Origin: Bdellovibrio sp.
Lineage (GTDB): Bacteria; Bdellovibrionota; Bdellovibrionia; Bdellovibrionales; Bdellovibrionaceae
Assembly: GCA_036677065.1 (NCBI GenBank)
Contig: JAKFBS010000003.1
Location: 1 to 64,000, forward strand
DNA length: 64,000 nt
Direction: 5' to 3'
The notes beneath the pieces are model-generated. The model was given only the letters and a program-made list of their open reading frames with translations, searched no databases and had not been told where the DNA came from. The position numbers and the translations under genes are program-made. Below, piece after piece: positions 9,905 through 19,521 of this stretch. Within the stretch, counting starts at the first letter, position 1. The number at the start of each line of letters is the position of its first letter.

Positions 9905-11472
9905 TCGTCGGCTAAACTTACACCGACGGGAGCTTCAAGAGCGCGGATCGTTCCGCGCATCGTAAAGATCATCCATAAGCCCGGAATCGCCATCACAACC
10001 GATACTAAAAAGAAACTTGGCCAGCCAATGCTTGTAACAAGTACGCCGGCTAAAGGCCCCACCCAAACGCGTCCGACTGAGGCAAACGCTGAAAGCAGGG
10101 CGTACTGAGTCGCGGTAAATTTTTGATTACAAAGCGCCATTAAGAAAGCTACAAATGCAGCAGTTCCCATTCCGCCAGTTAAATTTTCAATCGCCACCGC
10201 AAATAACAATAACCAATCGATGTTCGTCGCTTCTTTTAATGAAGCGATCACGATATCAAATGGCGGTAAGGTGAATCCGCCCATGGCGCCTTTGCCAGCA
10301 ACTGCGACATACCAAAAACCAAAGTTTGAAAGTAACTGCAACACACCGAAAAATAAAAGTGAACGGTATAAACCGATTCGAACCATGATAATGCCGCCAG
10401 TAATAGCTCCAAAGATCGTAAGCCACATACCGAAAACTTTATTAACCACACCGATTTCAGCTTGTGCGTAACCAGCACCTTTTAATAAAAACGGAGTTAG
10501 TAAAGATCCCGCAAACGCATCACCCAATTTATAAAGTATGATTAACGCCAAGAACGCTCCTGCGCCTTTCATACTGAAATAATTTGCTAATGAAATATTT
10601 AAGGTTTCAAACTTAGCTTTTTTCGAAGCAAACCAAGCTAACGGAAGCGTAAATGCTAATCCCAATAATAATGAAACCATGTCGGCCCATTTTTTAAGGT
10701 CAGGATTAACTTTTCCATCTTCTAAAGGAGGAAAAAACGAACCCATTGTACTTTCAGCAAAAGGGGCTGCCAGTCTTGTTGTAAACTGATAACCAATAAC
10801 TACAGCCACTACTAAGGCGAAAAAACCAATCAAATCATTTTTCGCATTTGTCGTCGGTGCCACCGAAGTTTTTGGAACCGCCGGAATAAAAAATAACGAA
10901 ATCGCAGATAACACAATCATGATCACTGCCATGATCGAATAAATCTTAGACCACGGCATGCCGTTGCCACTGACAGTATCAGCCCAAACAAAGGCAATAC
11001 CACCAGATAAGATCATGGCTAAGCGGTAACCAAATACCGTTAACGATGAACCAAAGCCACGCTCGTCAGAATCTAATACATCAGTGCGGTAAGCATCGAT
11101 AACCACATCTTGCGAGGCCGAGAAAAAAGCAATCAGCACGGCAACTAGTGCAACAGCCTGCGCACTTTCGCTGGGTTTAAAAAATGAAATTAAAAACATC
11201 GAAGCAGCAAGGCCAAGTTGCGTGACCACTAACCAACCTTTGCGACGGCCAAAGAAAGGCAATTCAAAGCGATCCATCAGCGGAGCCCATAAAAACTTAA
11301 ACGTGTACGGTAAACCCACTAAAGTAAAAAAACCGATCGTCGAAATATCAACGCCATCTGTGGTAAGCCAAGCTTGCAGCGATTGACCAGTAAGAGCTAG
11401 CGGAAGACCCGAAGCAAAACCTAAGATAAGAATTGCTAACTGCTTGCGATTAAATAGTTTTTTAAACCACAT
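9901..11472 (-). CDS. ampG: AmpG family muropeptide MFS permease
   Basis: LGFASGLPLAL, PYTFKFLWAPLMDR..GRRKGW, SASQDVVIDAYR, YKLGDAFA, TATQYALLS. Confidence 0.93.
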   Translation of the reverse strand: MWFKKLFNRKQLAILILGFASGLPLALTGQSLQAWLTTDGVDISTIGFFTLVGLPYTFKFLWAPLMDRFELPFFGRRKGWLVVTQLGLAASMFLISFFKPSESAQAVALVAVLIAFFSASQDVVIDAYRTDVLDSDERGFGSSLTVFGYRLAMILSGGIAFVWADTVSGNGMPWSKIYSIMAVIMIVLSAISLFFIPAVPKTSVAPTTNAKNDLIGFFALVVAVVIGYQFTTRLAAPFAESTMGSFFPPLEDGKVNPDLKKWADMVSLLLGLAFTLPLAWFASKKAKFETLNISLANYFSMKGAGAFLALIILYKLGDAFAGSLLTPFLLKGAGYAQAEIGVVNKVFGMWLTIFGAITGGIIMVRIGLYRSLLFFGVLQLLSNFGFWYVAVAGKGAMGGFTLPPFDIVIASLKEATNIDWLLLFAVAIENLTGGMGTAAFVAFLMALCNQKFTATQYALLSAFASVGRVWVGPLAGVLVTSIGWPSFFLVSVVMAIPGLWMIFTMRGTIRALEAPVGVSLADD

Positions 11473-13105
11473 CTTTGTTGATATCCTTTCGCATTTGCCA
11501 CAATAACTGACTTAAATAAGCACGACGAGTTTCACCCGTAGTCACCATTAAAAGTTTAGTAATTTTTAAGTTCATAGGGTCAGTTAATAATAAAATTAAC
11601 ATCTCTTGAATGTAGTTGGTGTTTAAGGTCACGTAATTATCTGTACCCACACCTAACTGAACATTTTTTTTCTCCCACCAAGAAAACGGGTGATCTTTGT
11701 AATCTTCAAATTTACCAGTCAGTTTGTTGTTCGACGAAGGCAGCGCCACTAATGAGACACCTTTTTGAATCAAGCGGTTTAAAACATCATGTTGGTACTG
11801 TTCGATTTCACGTGCGGTGTGAAACTTAGTTTTTAAAAACTGGGTGCGCTCTTTTTCAGTTAAAGTTTCGCCAGATAAAAGTTTGGCTAAAACGTTCGTG
11901 TGCGGACCCCAGTCTAAATCATGTAATTCTTTACCATCATGAGAATTTTTCGCAATCGCTTTACCCATGTGGTTTTCTTTAATCACTTTTTGGTAGAGGC
12001 GGTGAAAGTATCTGTTCGGATTAATCCCCAATGAAATACCGTGCTCTAACGTGTCGATGTGCCAAATGTTCATTGCATTATCAACGGCCTGAATGCCGTG
12101 GCGTAACGTGTGCCAAGTTTCGCCGTGATGTGATCTGATTTTAAAACCTTTATACTGAAGTTTTCTTAAACCAGATTGTAATTCAAAGAAATGCTGTTTT
12201 GAATACATCTCGCGCTCATCGCCCACAGTATCGGCTTCAGTTAACACTTCTTTTAATTCAGGATATTTTTCGATTAATTTGATAATTTCATCGATTTGGT
12301 GCTGAAAGTGGTCTTTGCGGTTGGCAAACTTTGCCGAATCAAAAAAGCTAGGTTCTTTTCTGAACGACGGTGAAAGAATAAATTTAAAATCCGGATGTTT
12401 TTTCTGAAACGAACTAAAGCCATCATATAAACCCATCACCACATCATCTGCAGTCACTGAATCAATTCCAGGAATTTGTTCAGCGCTGTCAGCCGTTGAC
12501 CGGCTTAAAGAAAACTTTAAGCGCACATGGCCTACGTTAAAATTCGCGTAAAGGTCTTCAGCCATGCTGTAAGCCGCTTCGGCGTGAACTTCGCGAGAGA
12601 TAAAAATTAATTTTGGTAAATAAAGAATTTTTAAATACTCAGAAAAGCCTTCAGTTTCTTTTAAACGAATTAATTTATCAACATCAGCAGCTGATTTAAT
12701 CGGCCAGCTACTAGCGCCATAAGCATTTTTAATTTTTTGTTCGTAAATTGCAGCGTCTGGGCCTTCAAGTAGTGGTTTTAATTTCGACCATAAAAATCCC
12801 GCCGTTAAAGAACCGGTTAAGTGAATATGCTCTTCGCGGTATTTTAACGGAAAACGTTTAAAAAATTCTTCTAACACCAAAGCAAACGGGTGTTTGATCA
12901 AAACATGAATGGGCTGTTGATTAGTGATAAACAGGTTTAAAAGTTTTTGAAAACTTTCAACACATTCATAGGCTTCGCTGTTTTTTGATTTTAACGACGA
13001 CGATAATAATAAATCTAAAGTGTCGGTCAGCGTGATGCCGTTAGTTTCAGAGACGATTTCGGTGAATTCTTTAACTAATAATTTGTGGGTAATTGATACT
13101 ATCAT
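11462..13105 (-). CDS. adenosine/AMP deaminase-like amidohydrolase
   Basis: Metal-binding motifs EEHIHLTGS, SHHGET, LEHGI, LPSSN and VGTDN. Has an N-terminal extension and an internal insert. Confidence 0.75.
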   Translation of the reverse strand: MIVSITHKLLVKEFTEIVSETNGITLTDTLDLLLSSSLKSKNSEAYECVESFQKLLNLFITNQQPIHVLIKHPFALVLEEFFKRFPLKYREEHIHLTGSLTAGFLWSKLKPLLEGPDAAIYEQKIKNAYGASSWPIKSAADVDKLIRLKETEGFSEYLKILYLPKLIFISREVHAEAAYSMAEDLYANFNVGHVRLKFSLSRSTADSAEQIPGIDSVTADDVVMGLYDGFSSFQKKHPDFKFILSPSFRKEPSFFDSAKFANRKDHFQHQIDEIIKLIEKYPELKEVLTEADTVGDEREMYSKQHFFELQSGLRKLQYKGFKIRSHHGETWHTLRHGIQAVDNAMNIWHIDTLEHGISLGINPNRYFHRLYQKVIKENHMGKAIAKNSHDGKELHDLDWGPHTNVLAKLLSGETLTEKERTQFLKTKFHTAREIEQYQHDVLNRLIQKGVSLVALPSSNNKLTGKFEDYKDHPFSWWEKKNVQLGVGTDNYVTLNTNYIQEMLILLLTDPMNLKITKLLMVTTGETRRAYLSQLLWQMRKDINKDVV

Positions 13106-13123
13106 CCCTAAATGTTACGGAGA

Positions 13124-13597
13124 TTATAGCCACTTGTACATGACTTTGTGCGGGCCCGCGCCGGGAATATCAAACATATCTCCAACTAGCGTAAATCCAT
13201 TTTTTTCATAGAATGTAAACGCATTTTCGCGCGCATTAAACCAAAGTAAATCACAGTTCATAACTTTCAAAAGCATTTCAGCCTGTTGAATGATTTGCGA
13301 ACCCAAACCCATGCCACGGTAATGAAGATCTGTCGCCATTCCGCGAAGGCGGTAAGGGTTCTTTGCCTCGGGAAAAAACGAGCTCGCATCTTTCATGAAA
13401 GTTCCGTTAGCAGCAAGCACAGGAGCAAAACCTTCTTCGTGAACAAAAGCTCCTAAGTGAAATGTCGAACTTAAATTATCTTCTGGGTAATGACAGATTT
13501 CGATCGGTTGCCCCGGACGCAAAATGCGCGTGCGCAGGTCAATCGTTTGTGCAGCCATGATTTGTTCAATTGAGATGTTCGATGAAGAATGTGACAT
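13124..13597 (-). CDS. GNAT family N-acetyltransferase
   Basis: LRTRILRPG, RLRGMAT..YRGMGLGS (motif A), LWFNAR..AFTFYEKNGF, GPHKVM. Confidence 0.9.
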   Translation of the reverse strand: MSHSSSNISIEQIMAAQTIDLRTRILRPGQPIEICHYPEDNLSSTFHLGAFVHEEGFAPVLAANGTFMKDASSFFPEAKNPYRLRGMATDLHYRGMGLGSQIIQQAEMLLKVMNCDLLWFNARENAFTFYEKNGFTLVGDMFDIPGAGPHKVMYKWL

Positions 13598-13617
13598 GAA
13601 GATCAGCGTAGCAAAAT

Positions 13618-14187
13618 TTATTTAAATCTTAAATAATCTTTCCAGCTGCCAGGAATTTTTTCGGTCAGGATCTCGTGCTCTAAAACCGGTAACCAGCTCG
13701 GAACCCTTGGTGGACGCAGCAAAGGCATCCCTGCTTTTTCTGGAGTGCGGTTAGCTTTTGTTTGGTTACATTTACGACATGCAGAGACAACGTTAGTCCA
13801 AATCTTGGGGCCGCCTTGCGAAGCCGGCAACACGTGATCAATTGTGAGCTCTTTTTGAGCAAACTTTTTCACACAATATTGGCAAGTGAAGTTATCGCGA
13901 ATGTAAACGTTTTCACGACAAAAACGAACGCCGTCTAAGCGCTTGGGACGCACGTAAGATTTAAGCTTCATAACGCTGGGTAAATCGAAGGTTTCTCTGA
14001 CTGAGCTAACAAAGGCTTTATGATATTCAAGGATTTCGACTTTATCTTGGAACCAAAGAATCAAAGCTTTTTGCCAAGAAACTATGCGTAAAGGTTCGTA
14101 GCTGGCGTTTAACACCAATGCTTTTAAGCTAGTGCTTATATCAGCTAACGGGGATCTGGTTGTAGAAACCATGTCCAGTGCGACCAT
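13618..14187 (-). CDS. HNH endonuclease (McrA-like)
   Basis: LVLNASYEPL, RENVYIRDNFTCQYC, LTIDHVLP..GG..WTNVVSACRKCNQTKANRTP. Confidence 0.92.
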   Translation of the reverse strand: MVALDMVSTTRSPLADISTSLKALVLNASYEPLRIVSWQKALILWFQDKVEILEYHKAFVSSVRETFDLPSVMKLKSYVRPKRLDGVRFCRENVYIRDNFTCQYCVKKFAQKELTIDHVLPASQGGPKIWTNVVSACRKCNQTKANRTPEKAGMPLLRPPRVPSWLPVLEHEILTEKIPGSWKDYLRFK

Positions 14188-14337
14188 ATATCAAGTATAA
14201 GGGGGAAGATGCCCCGGTGCCACATCTAAAATCTTTATGTCTAGAATAAGCATTTGTTTTACCAAGTCTTTTTGCTTGTCTCTCTTTGAAATACTAGCTA
14301 AACAAAGGTCCAGTTTTACTCGAAAATAGGGGCTTTT

Positions 14338-14820
14338 ATGTCTAGTACACCACGCGTGATCGCGTTCAATTACGTTCTGAAAAACACTAAAGGCGATCTT
14401 ATTGATGCCTCAGAACCAAATCAACCAATGCCGTTCTTAACTGGACGTAGCCAAATCATTCCAGGTCTTGAAGCTGAAATTATCACTCTCAATGAAGGTG
14501 ATAAAAAGCAAATCTCTGTTCCTGCAGCTCAAGCTTACGGTGAAGTTCGCGCTGATATGGTGATGGAAGTCCCAAAACAAGAACTTGAACATTTAAAAGA
14601 TCTTCAGGTTGGATCTCATCTTCAATTGCAATTAGGCGAAGGTGTTAAAATTGTTACGGTTTCTAAAATCAATGATACCCATGTAACGTTAGATGGTAAC
14701 CATCCACTAGCGGGTACTGATTTAGTTTTTGATATCGAAGTAGCGTTAGTTCGCGAAGCTACTGCTGATGAAGTGTTACACGGTCATGCCCATGGTTTAC
14801 ATGGTCATGCTCATCACTAA
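14338..14820 (+). CDS. slyD: FKBP-type peptidyl-prolyl isomerase SlyD
   Basis: QIIPGLE, AYGE, LDGNHPLAG and a His-rich C-tail. Confidence 0.93.
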   Translation: MSSTPRVIAFNYVLKNTKGDLIDASEPNQPMPFLTGRSQIIPGLEAEIITLNEGDKKQISVPAAQAYGEVRADMVMEVPKQELEHLKDLQVGSHLQLQLGEGVKIVTVSKINDTHVTLDGNHPLAGTDLVFDIEVALVREATADEVLHGHAHGLHGHAHH

Positions 14821-15074
14821 GACTAGTTAGTTTAGTGAAAGTTTTGTTAAGATTTTTCGGCGGTTAGTCATAAGACTAGCGGAAGTAATTTTCCTGTTGA
14901 AAGATGTTGGCGATAATTTAGGCTTAATAATAAGAATTTTGTTTACACGAGAAATCGTGTGAACGAAGAAAAAAGATCCAAAGCTACCGTTCGAGTTCGA
15001 GTGTCAAAGAATTTTTCTCAGGCAATCAGTTCAAGGTTCGAGGATCCGATTAAAAAAAATTGCCCGGAGGAAAC

Positions 15075-15530
15075 ATGGCAAAGAAGATTTATGTAGGGAA
15101 CTTAGCGTTCTCAGTAACAGATGACGAATTACAACAAGCGTTTGCATCTTTTGGAACTATCACATCAGCTCGCGTAGTGATGGATAAAATGTCAGGCAGA
15201 AGCAAAGGTTTCGGATTCGTAGAAATCGAAGACGACGCAAGTGCTGATACAGCTATCCAAAAAATGGATGGTCAAACTATCGGTGGTCGTGCAGTACGTG
15301 TTTCTGAAGCTAAACCTCAAGAACCTCGCACTGGTGGCGGTGGTGGCGGACGTGGTTTCGGCGGCGGTGGCGGCGGCGGTGGTCGTGGCTTCGGCGGTGG
15401 CGGAGGCGGCGGAGGTCGTTCTGGTGGTGGTTACGGCGGCGGCGGAGGCGGCGGAGGTCGTTCTGGCGGTGGCGGTGGCTACGGTGGTGGACGCTCTGGC
15501 GGCGGTGATCGCGGCGGAAATTCATACTAA
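15075..15530 (+). CDS. RRM RNA-binding protein with glycine-rich C-terminal tail
   Basis: RNP2 IYVGNL, RNP1 KGFGFVEI, GGR/GGY tail. SD GGAGG before the ATG at 15075. Confidence 0.93.
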   Translation: MAKKIYVGNLAFSVTDDELQQAFASFGTITSARVVMDKMSGRSKGFGFVEIEDDASADTAIQKMDGQTIGGRAVRVSEAKPQEPRTGGGGGGRGFGGGGGGGGRGFGGGGGGGGRSGGGYGGGGGGGGRSGGGGGYGGGRSGGGDRGGNSY

Positions 15531-15592
15531 TAAAGGTAGGCCGTACCTTTTTGCGTAACAAAGCGTTATGCAAGTTTCAAATTTAGATTTTG

Positions 15593-15626
15593 AGCCCACA
15601 ACGTAATCCGTTGTGGGTTTTTTTTT
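15593..15626 (+). terminator. rho-independent terminator
   Basis: AGCCCACAACG-TAATC-CGTTGTGGGTT followed by a T run. Confidence 0.85.
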
Positions 15627-15645
15627 ATTCATCTAGTATTTGTGC

Positions 15646-16263
15646 ATGAAAAAACTTTGCACGATTTTAACAGCCATTCTTTTTCCTGTGGTTTTATTGG
15701 CAAATCCAACTCCCCTTAAGAAATTTGTTATTCTTGGAGATTCTCTCACCGAAGGTTACGGCGTAGCTCAAACAGCCGCATTTCCTGCTTTACTGCAAAA
15801 AAAAGTCGAACAAGATAAATTACCATGGAAAGTTATTAGTTCTGGTTCAAGCGGTTCTACATCAGCTTCAGGGCTTCAACGTATTAAATGGATCGCTAAA
15901 GATAAACCCGACATGGTGTTAGTGCTTTTAGGCAGTAACGATGGGTTGCGTGGTCTTAAACCTGAACAGACCGAAAAAAATCTAAACGACACGATCGAGT
16001 GGGCGAAGAAAAATAATATCGCGGTATCGTTAGGTCAATTACATGTGCCGCCGAATTACGGTAAAGACTACGAAAAAAAATTCTCTGCCGTGTATGCCAA
16101 AGTAGCCACGAAAAATAAAATTCAATTGGCCCCTTTCTTATTAGAAAAAGTCGCGGGCGATAAAAATCTTAATTTAGCTGATGGCATTCACCCGAATGAA
16201 AAAGGCCATCAAATCGTAGCTGATAACCTGTATCCCTTTATTAAAAAACTTTTAGGTAAATAA
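15646..16263 (+). CDS. tesA: arylesterase / acyl-CoA thioesterase I (SGNH/GDSL)
   Basis: GDSLTEGYG, LGSNDGLRG, DGIHPN; signal peptide. Confidence 0.88.
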   Translation: MKKLCTILTAILFPVVLLANPTPLKKFVILGDSLTEGYGVAQTAAFPALLQKKVEQDKLPWKVISSGSSGSTSASGLQRIKWIAKDKPDMVLVLLGSNDGLRGLKPEQTEKNLNDTIEWAKKNNIAVSLGQLHVPPNYGKDYEKKFSAVYAKVATKNKIQLAPFLLEKVAGDKNLNLADGIHPNEKGHQIVADNLYPFIKKLLGK

Positions 16264-16264
16264 T

Positions 16265-16948
16265 ATGATCACAATTAATAATTTGCAAAAATCGTATCAG
16301 TTGGCCGGCGAAACCAGCGAAAAGATGACCATCCTCCATGAACTAAGTTTAACTGTTAATACGGGCGAAGTGGTGGCTGTTGTTGGTTCTTCTGGCTCAG
16401 GTAAATCCACCCTGTTAGGATTAGTTTCAGGATTGGATCAACCAGATCAGGGTGAAATTTTAATTCATGGTAAAAGCTTACAAAGCTTACGTGGTAATGA
16501 TTTAACGAATTTTCGCGCAAGCCATATTGGCGTTGTGTTTCAGCAGTATCATTTAGTCAGTCATTTAACGGCTTATGAAAACGTGACCCTTCCGTTAGAA
16601 ATTTTAGATAAACCAGTTGTTAAAAAAGATGTGATCGAATTATTAAATCAAGTGGGCCTTGGCCACAGGCTTGATCATAAGCCCACACAGTTAAGTGGTG
16701 GGGAATCGCAGCGTTTAGCTTTAGCTCGCGCCCTAGTGATTAAACCAAGTTTATTATTAGCTGATGAACCATCGGGTAGCTTAGACAGTGAAACCGGCGA
16801 AAAAGTTATGAATTTATTTTTTGAACAGATTCGTCTGCACAATACGACCACGATGCTTGTGACTCATGATATGGAACTGGCTCGTCGCTGCGATAAGATT
16901 TATAAATTGCACGGCGGAGCTTTGCATTCAGTTTCACAGGCCGTCTAA
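16265..16948 (+). CDS. ABC transporter ATP-binding protein (YbbA/LolD-like)
   Basis: GSSGSGKST, LSGGESQR, LLADEP; lies between tesA and the permease. Confidence 0.9.
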   Translation: MITINNLQKSYQLAGETSEKMTILHELSLTVNTGEVVAVVGSSGSGKSTLLGLVSGLDQPDQGEILIHGKSLQSLRGNDLTNFRASHIGVVFQQYHLVSHLTAYENVTLPLEILDKPVVKKDVIELLNQVGLGHRLDHKPTQLSGGESQRLALARALVIKPSLLLADEPSGSLDSETGEKVMNLFFEQIRLHNTTTMLVTHDMELARRCDKIYKLHGGALHSVSQAV

Positions 16949-19521
16949 TGCAAAGTTTTTCTAAGCTATTTACCTTTGTTAAAAAAGATCTATTGGCGCA
17001 AAAAAAGCTTAATTCTTTTTTCGTATTCAATTTAGTTTTAGGTTTTTTGGGATTTTTATTCTTGCAGGTGTTTCAGGCAAGCCTTGATCAACAAACCAAA
17101 GATAAAGCCCAAGAAATCCTTGGTGGTGATATGGTGATTTCAGCTCGCCGTTTAATTACTGATGAAGAAGTTAAAACCATCGAAGAAAAAGTAAATCTCA
17201 AGTTTATCAAAAAAGCTAAATCCACAGACTTTTTTGCCATGATTAAATTTGGCGAACAATCACGTTTGGTTTTAGTTCGCTCGGTCGGTGAAAATTATCC
17301 GGTGTACGGTAAATTAGAAGTTAAAACTTCTGCTGGTGTTGATAGCGTTTTAACTAAAGTTAATTCTGGCGAAGTTTATGTTGATCCAGAATTGGTGGAT
17401 CAATTAAAGATCACTGATTTACCAGCAGCAAAATTAAAAGTCGGCGATTTAGATTTAGCTTTATCAGGAATTTTAACTTCTGATCCTTCGCGCACTTTTA
17501 GATTAGGTGCGCTTGCGCCGTTTATCTTAATTAATGAAGCTGATTTGGCAGCGACGAACTTAGTTAAAGCTGGCAGTACGATCACTACTAGTTATTTATA
17601 CCAATTAAATGACCCGGCATCTGCTGATGTGTTTAAAGCTGAACTAGAAAAAATTTATTTAGACCCATCGCTGCGCTTTAGCAGTGCTCTGCAAGAAGAT
17701 GACGGCGGTAACCGCGTCTTTAGATACTTGATCGATTATCTTGGTTTAGTGTCATTGATTTCGATTGGCCTGTGTTTTCTATGTTTAAGTTATATGTTGA
17801 ATTGGTTTTTTCAAATTCAGAAAAAAACGATCGCCATTTATAAAATCTTGGGTTTAGCAGAAACTTCGATTTTAAAAGTACAGGTGTTAAAAAACCTGAT
17901 TCTATCTGTGGGTTCATTTGTTATCGCACTATCTGCGGTGCTTTTAGCTATCTCGCCGCTACAGGCCTTATTAGATAACTATTTTAAGATCGCCATTCGC
18001 TTAACCATTAGTCCAACGCAAATTCTAATTAGCTTTTTTGTTGTCGTGTTAGGGCCGCAATTAATTGCGATTCCGACCTATCTAGCCGCGATGTCGATGA
18101 ATCCTTTGATTTTACTGCGCCAAGAGATTTCGCAAAGTGGTTTATCTGGGCGTACCAAATTAATCTGGGCTGCGAGCGTAGGGTTAGTGTTCTGGGGTTT
18201 AGCGGTTTGGCAAAGTCATTCATTGCAGACGGGATCACTATTTATTGTCGGGCTTTTAGGAGCCACGGTTGCTGCTTGGTTTTTTATTTCTGGTTTACGT
18301 AAGTTTACTGCTTTAATCGTTGATAAGTTTGATTTTGAATTACGTTATGCTTTTTTAAGTTTGATCAGAAAACCTGGTTCAACAGATTTAATTTTTATGA
18401 CGATGACTTTATCGGTCGTGGTATTAACGCTACTGCCACATATCAAAAAATCAATCGTTGAAGAAGTTAGACCTGAAATCAGCTCTAAAATTCCGTCAGT
18501 ATTTATGTTTGATATTCAAATGGATCAAAAAGACGAACTGATTAAAATCGTGAAAGCCAGCACCGGACAAGATCTGGATATGACTCCATTAGTTCGTTCG
18601 CGTATTTTAAAAATTAACGATTTAAGTTATGAACGGGTTGAAGAACAGGGTTTTTTCAAAACACGCGAATCTGAAAACGAAGCGCGTTTTAGAAACCGTG
18701 GCGTGAATTTAACTTATAAGGCTGATCTGCAAGATTCAGAAAGTTTGTTAGATGGAAAATGGTTTTCGCCAACTGTGGGCGAAATTCCTGAAATCAGTTT
18801 AGAAGAAAAATATGCTGAACGTATCGGTGCTAAACTTGGTGATATCATGACTTTTGATGTTCAAGGTTTAGAAATCAAAGGTAAAGTAACATCTTTGCGC
18901 CGAGTGCGCTGGACAAGCTTTCAACCAAACTTTTTTATTACTTTTCAACCGGGTGTTTTAGAAGAGGCTCCGCAAGTTTATTTAAGTGCCGTGAAACAAA
19001 TTAACCAAGAACAAGTGCGCACCTTACAAAATGCAGTCGTTGACCGTTTTGCCAATATTTCAATTATTAATGTGAAACAAAGTGTAGAAAAATCACTGGT
19101 GTTTATTGATCAGATGGCCTTAGCTTTACAGATTATGGCGACACTTGCATTAGTGGTTGGATTTTTTATCTTTATTATTCTGATCAACACGCAGGTGGGT
19201 GAACGTATTAATGAAATGAACTTACTGCAAGTGCTGGGTTCGACCCAAGAGCAGCTTTACCGCATTATGATTACGCAATTTAGCTTAATTGCGTTTTTAA
19301 GTTTACTGGTGGGTTTAGGTTTAGGGTCATTGATTGCCTATGTGATTATGGGTGTGATGTTTAAATTGGGGATTTATTTTGACTATGTGTCGATGTTATC
19401 TTTAATTGTAGTTTTAGTTTCACTTACCTTTGGAGTTTTAAAAGTGTCGATGCGACCATTAAGATCATTACAACCGCTAGCCTTGCTTAAAAACGAGGGA
19501 GGCCTTGTTGACAGCAAGTAG
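16948..19521 (+). CDS. ABC transporter permease (YbbP/FtsX-like)
   Basis: 857 aa with two FtsX-type halves; LGGDMVIS, YPVYG, FMFDIQ, RRVRWTSFQPNFF. Confidence 0.85.
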   Translation: MQSFSKLFTFVKKDLLAQKKLNSFFVFNLVLGFLGFLFLQVFQASLDQQTKDKAQEILGGDMVISARRLITDEEVKTIEEKVNLKFIKKAKSTDFFAMIKFGEQSRLVLVRSVGENYPVYGKLEVKTSAGVDSVLTKVNSGEVYVDPELVDQLKITDLPAAKLKVGDLDLALSGILTSDPSRTFRLGALAPFILINEADLAATNLVKAGSTITTSYLYQLNDPASADVFKAELEKIYLDPSLRFSSALQEDDGGNRVFRYLIDYLGLVSLISIGLCFLCLSYMLNWFFQIQKKTIAIYKILGLAETSILKVQVLKNLILSVGSFVIALSAVLLAISPLQALLDNYFKIAIRLTISPTQILISFFVVVLGPQLIAIPTYLAAMSMNPLILLRQEISQSGLSGRTKLIWAASVGLVFWGLAVWQSHSLQTGSLFIVGLLGATVAAWFFISGLRKFTALIVDKFDFELRYAFLSLIRKPGSTDLIFMTMTLSVVVLTLLPHIKKSIVEEVRPEISSKIPSVFMFDIQMDQKDELIKIVKASTGQDLDMTPLVRSRILKINDLSYERVEEQGFFKTRESENEARFRNRGVNLTYKADLQDSESLLDGKWFSPTVGEIPEISLEEKYAERIGAKLGDIMTFDVQGLEIKGKVTSLRRVRWTSFQPNFFITFQPGVLEEAPQVYLSAVKQINQEQVRTLQNAVVDRFANISIINVKQSVEKSLVFIDQMALALQIMATLALVVGFFIFIILINTQVGERINEMNLLQVLGSTQEQLYRIMITQFSLIAFLSLLVGLGLGSLIAYVIMGVMFKLGIYFDYVSMLSLIVVLVSLTFGVLKVSMRPLRSLQPLALLKNEGGLVDSK

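Noticed and set aside
11462..13105. RADAR (RdrAB) defence system
   Set aside because: No adjacent RdrA-type AAA+ ATPase; the neighbours are GNAT and ampG.
15330..15520. GGC/GGT tandem repeats as a DNA repeat element
   Set aside because: Explained by the glycine-rich tail of the RRM protein; the alternative-frame ORFs here are shadows.
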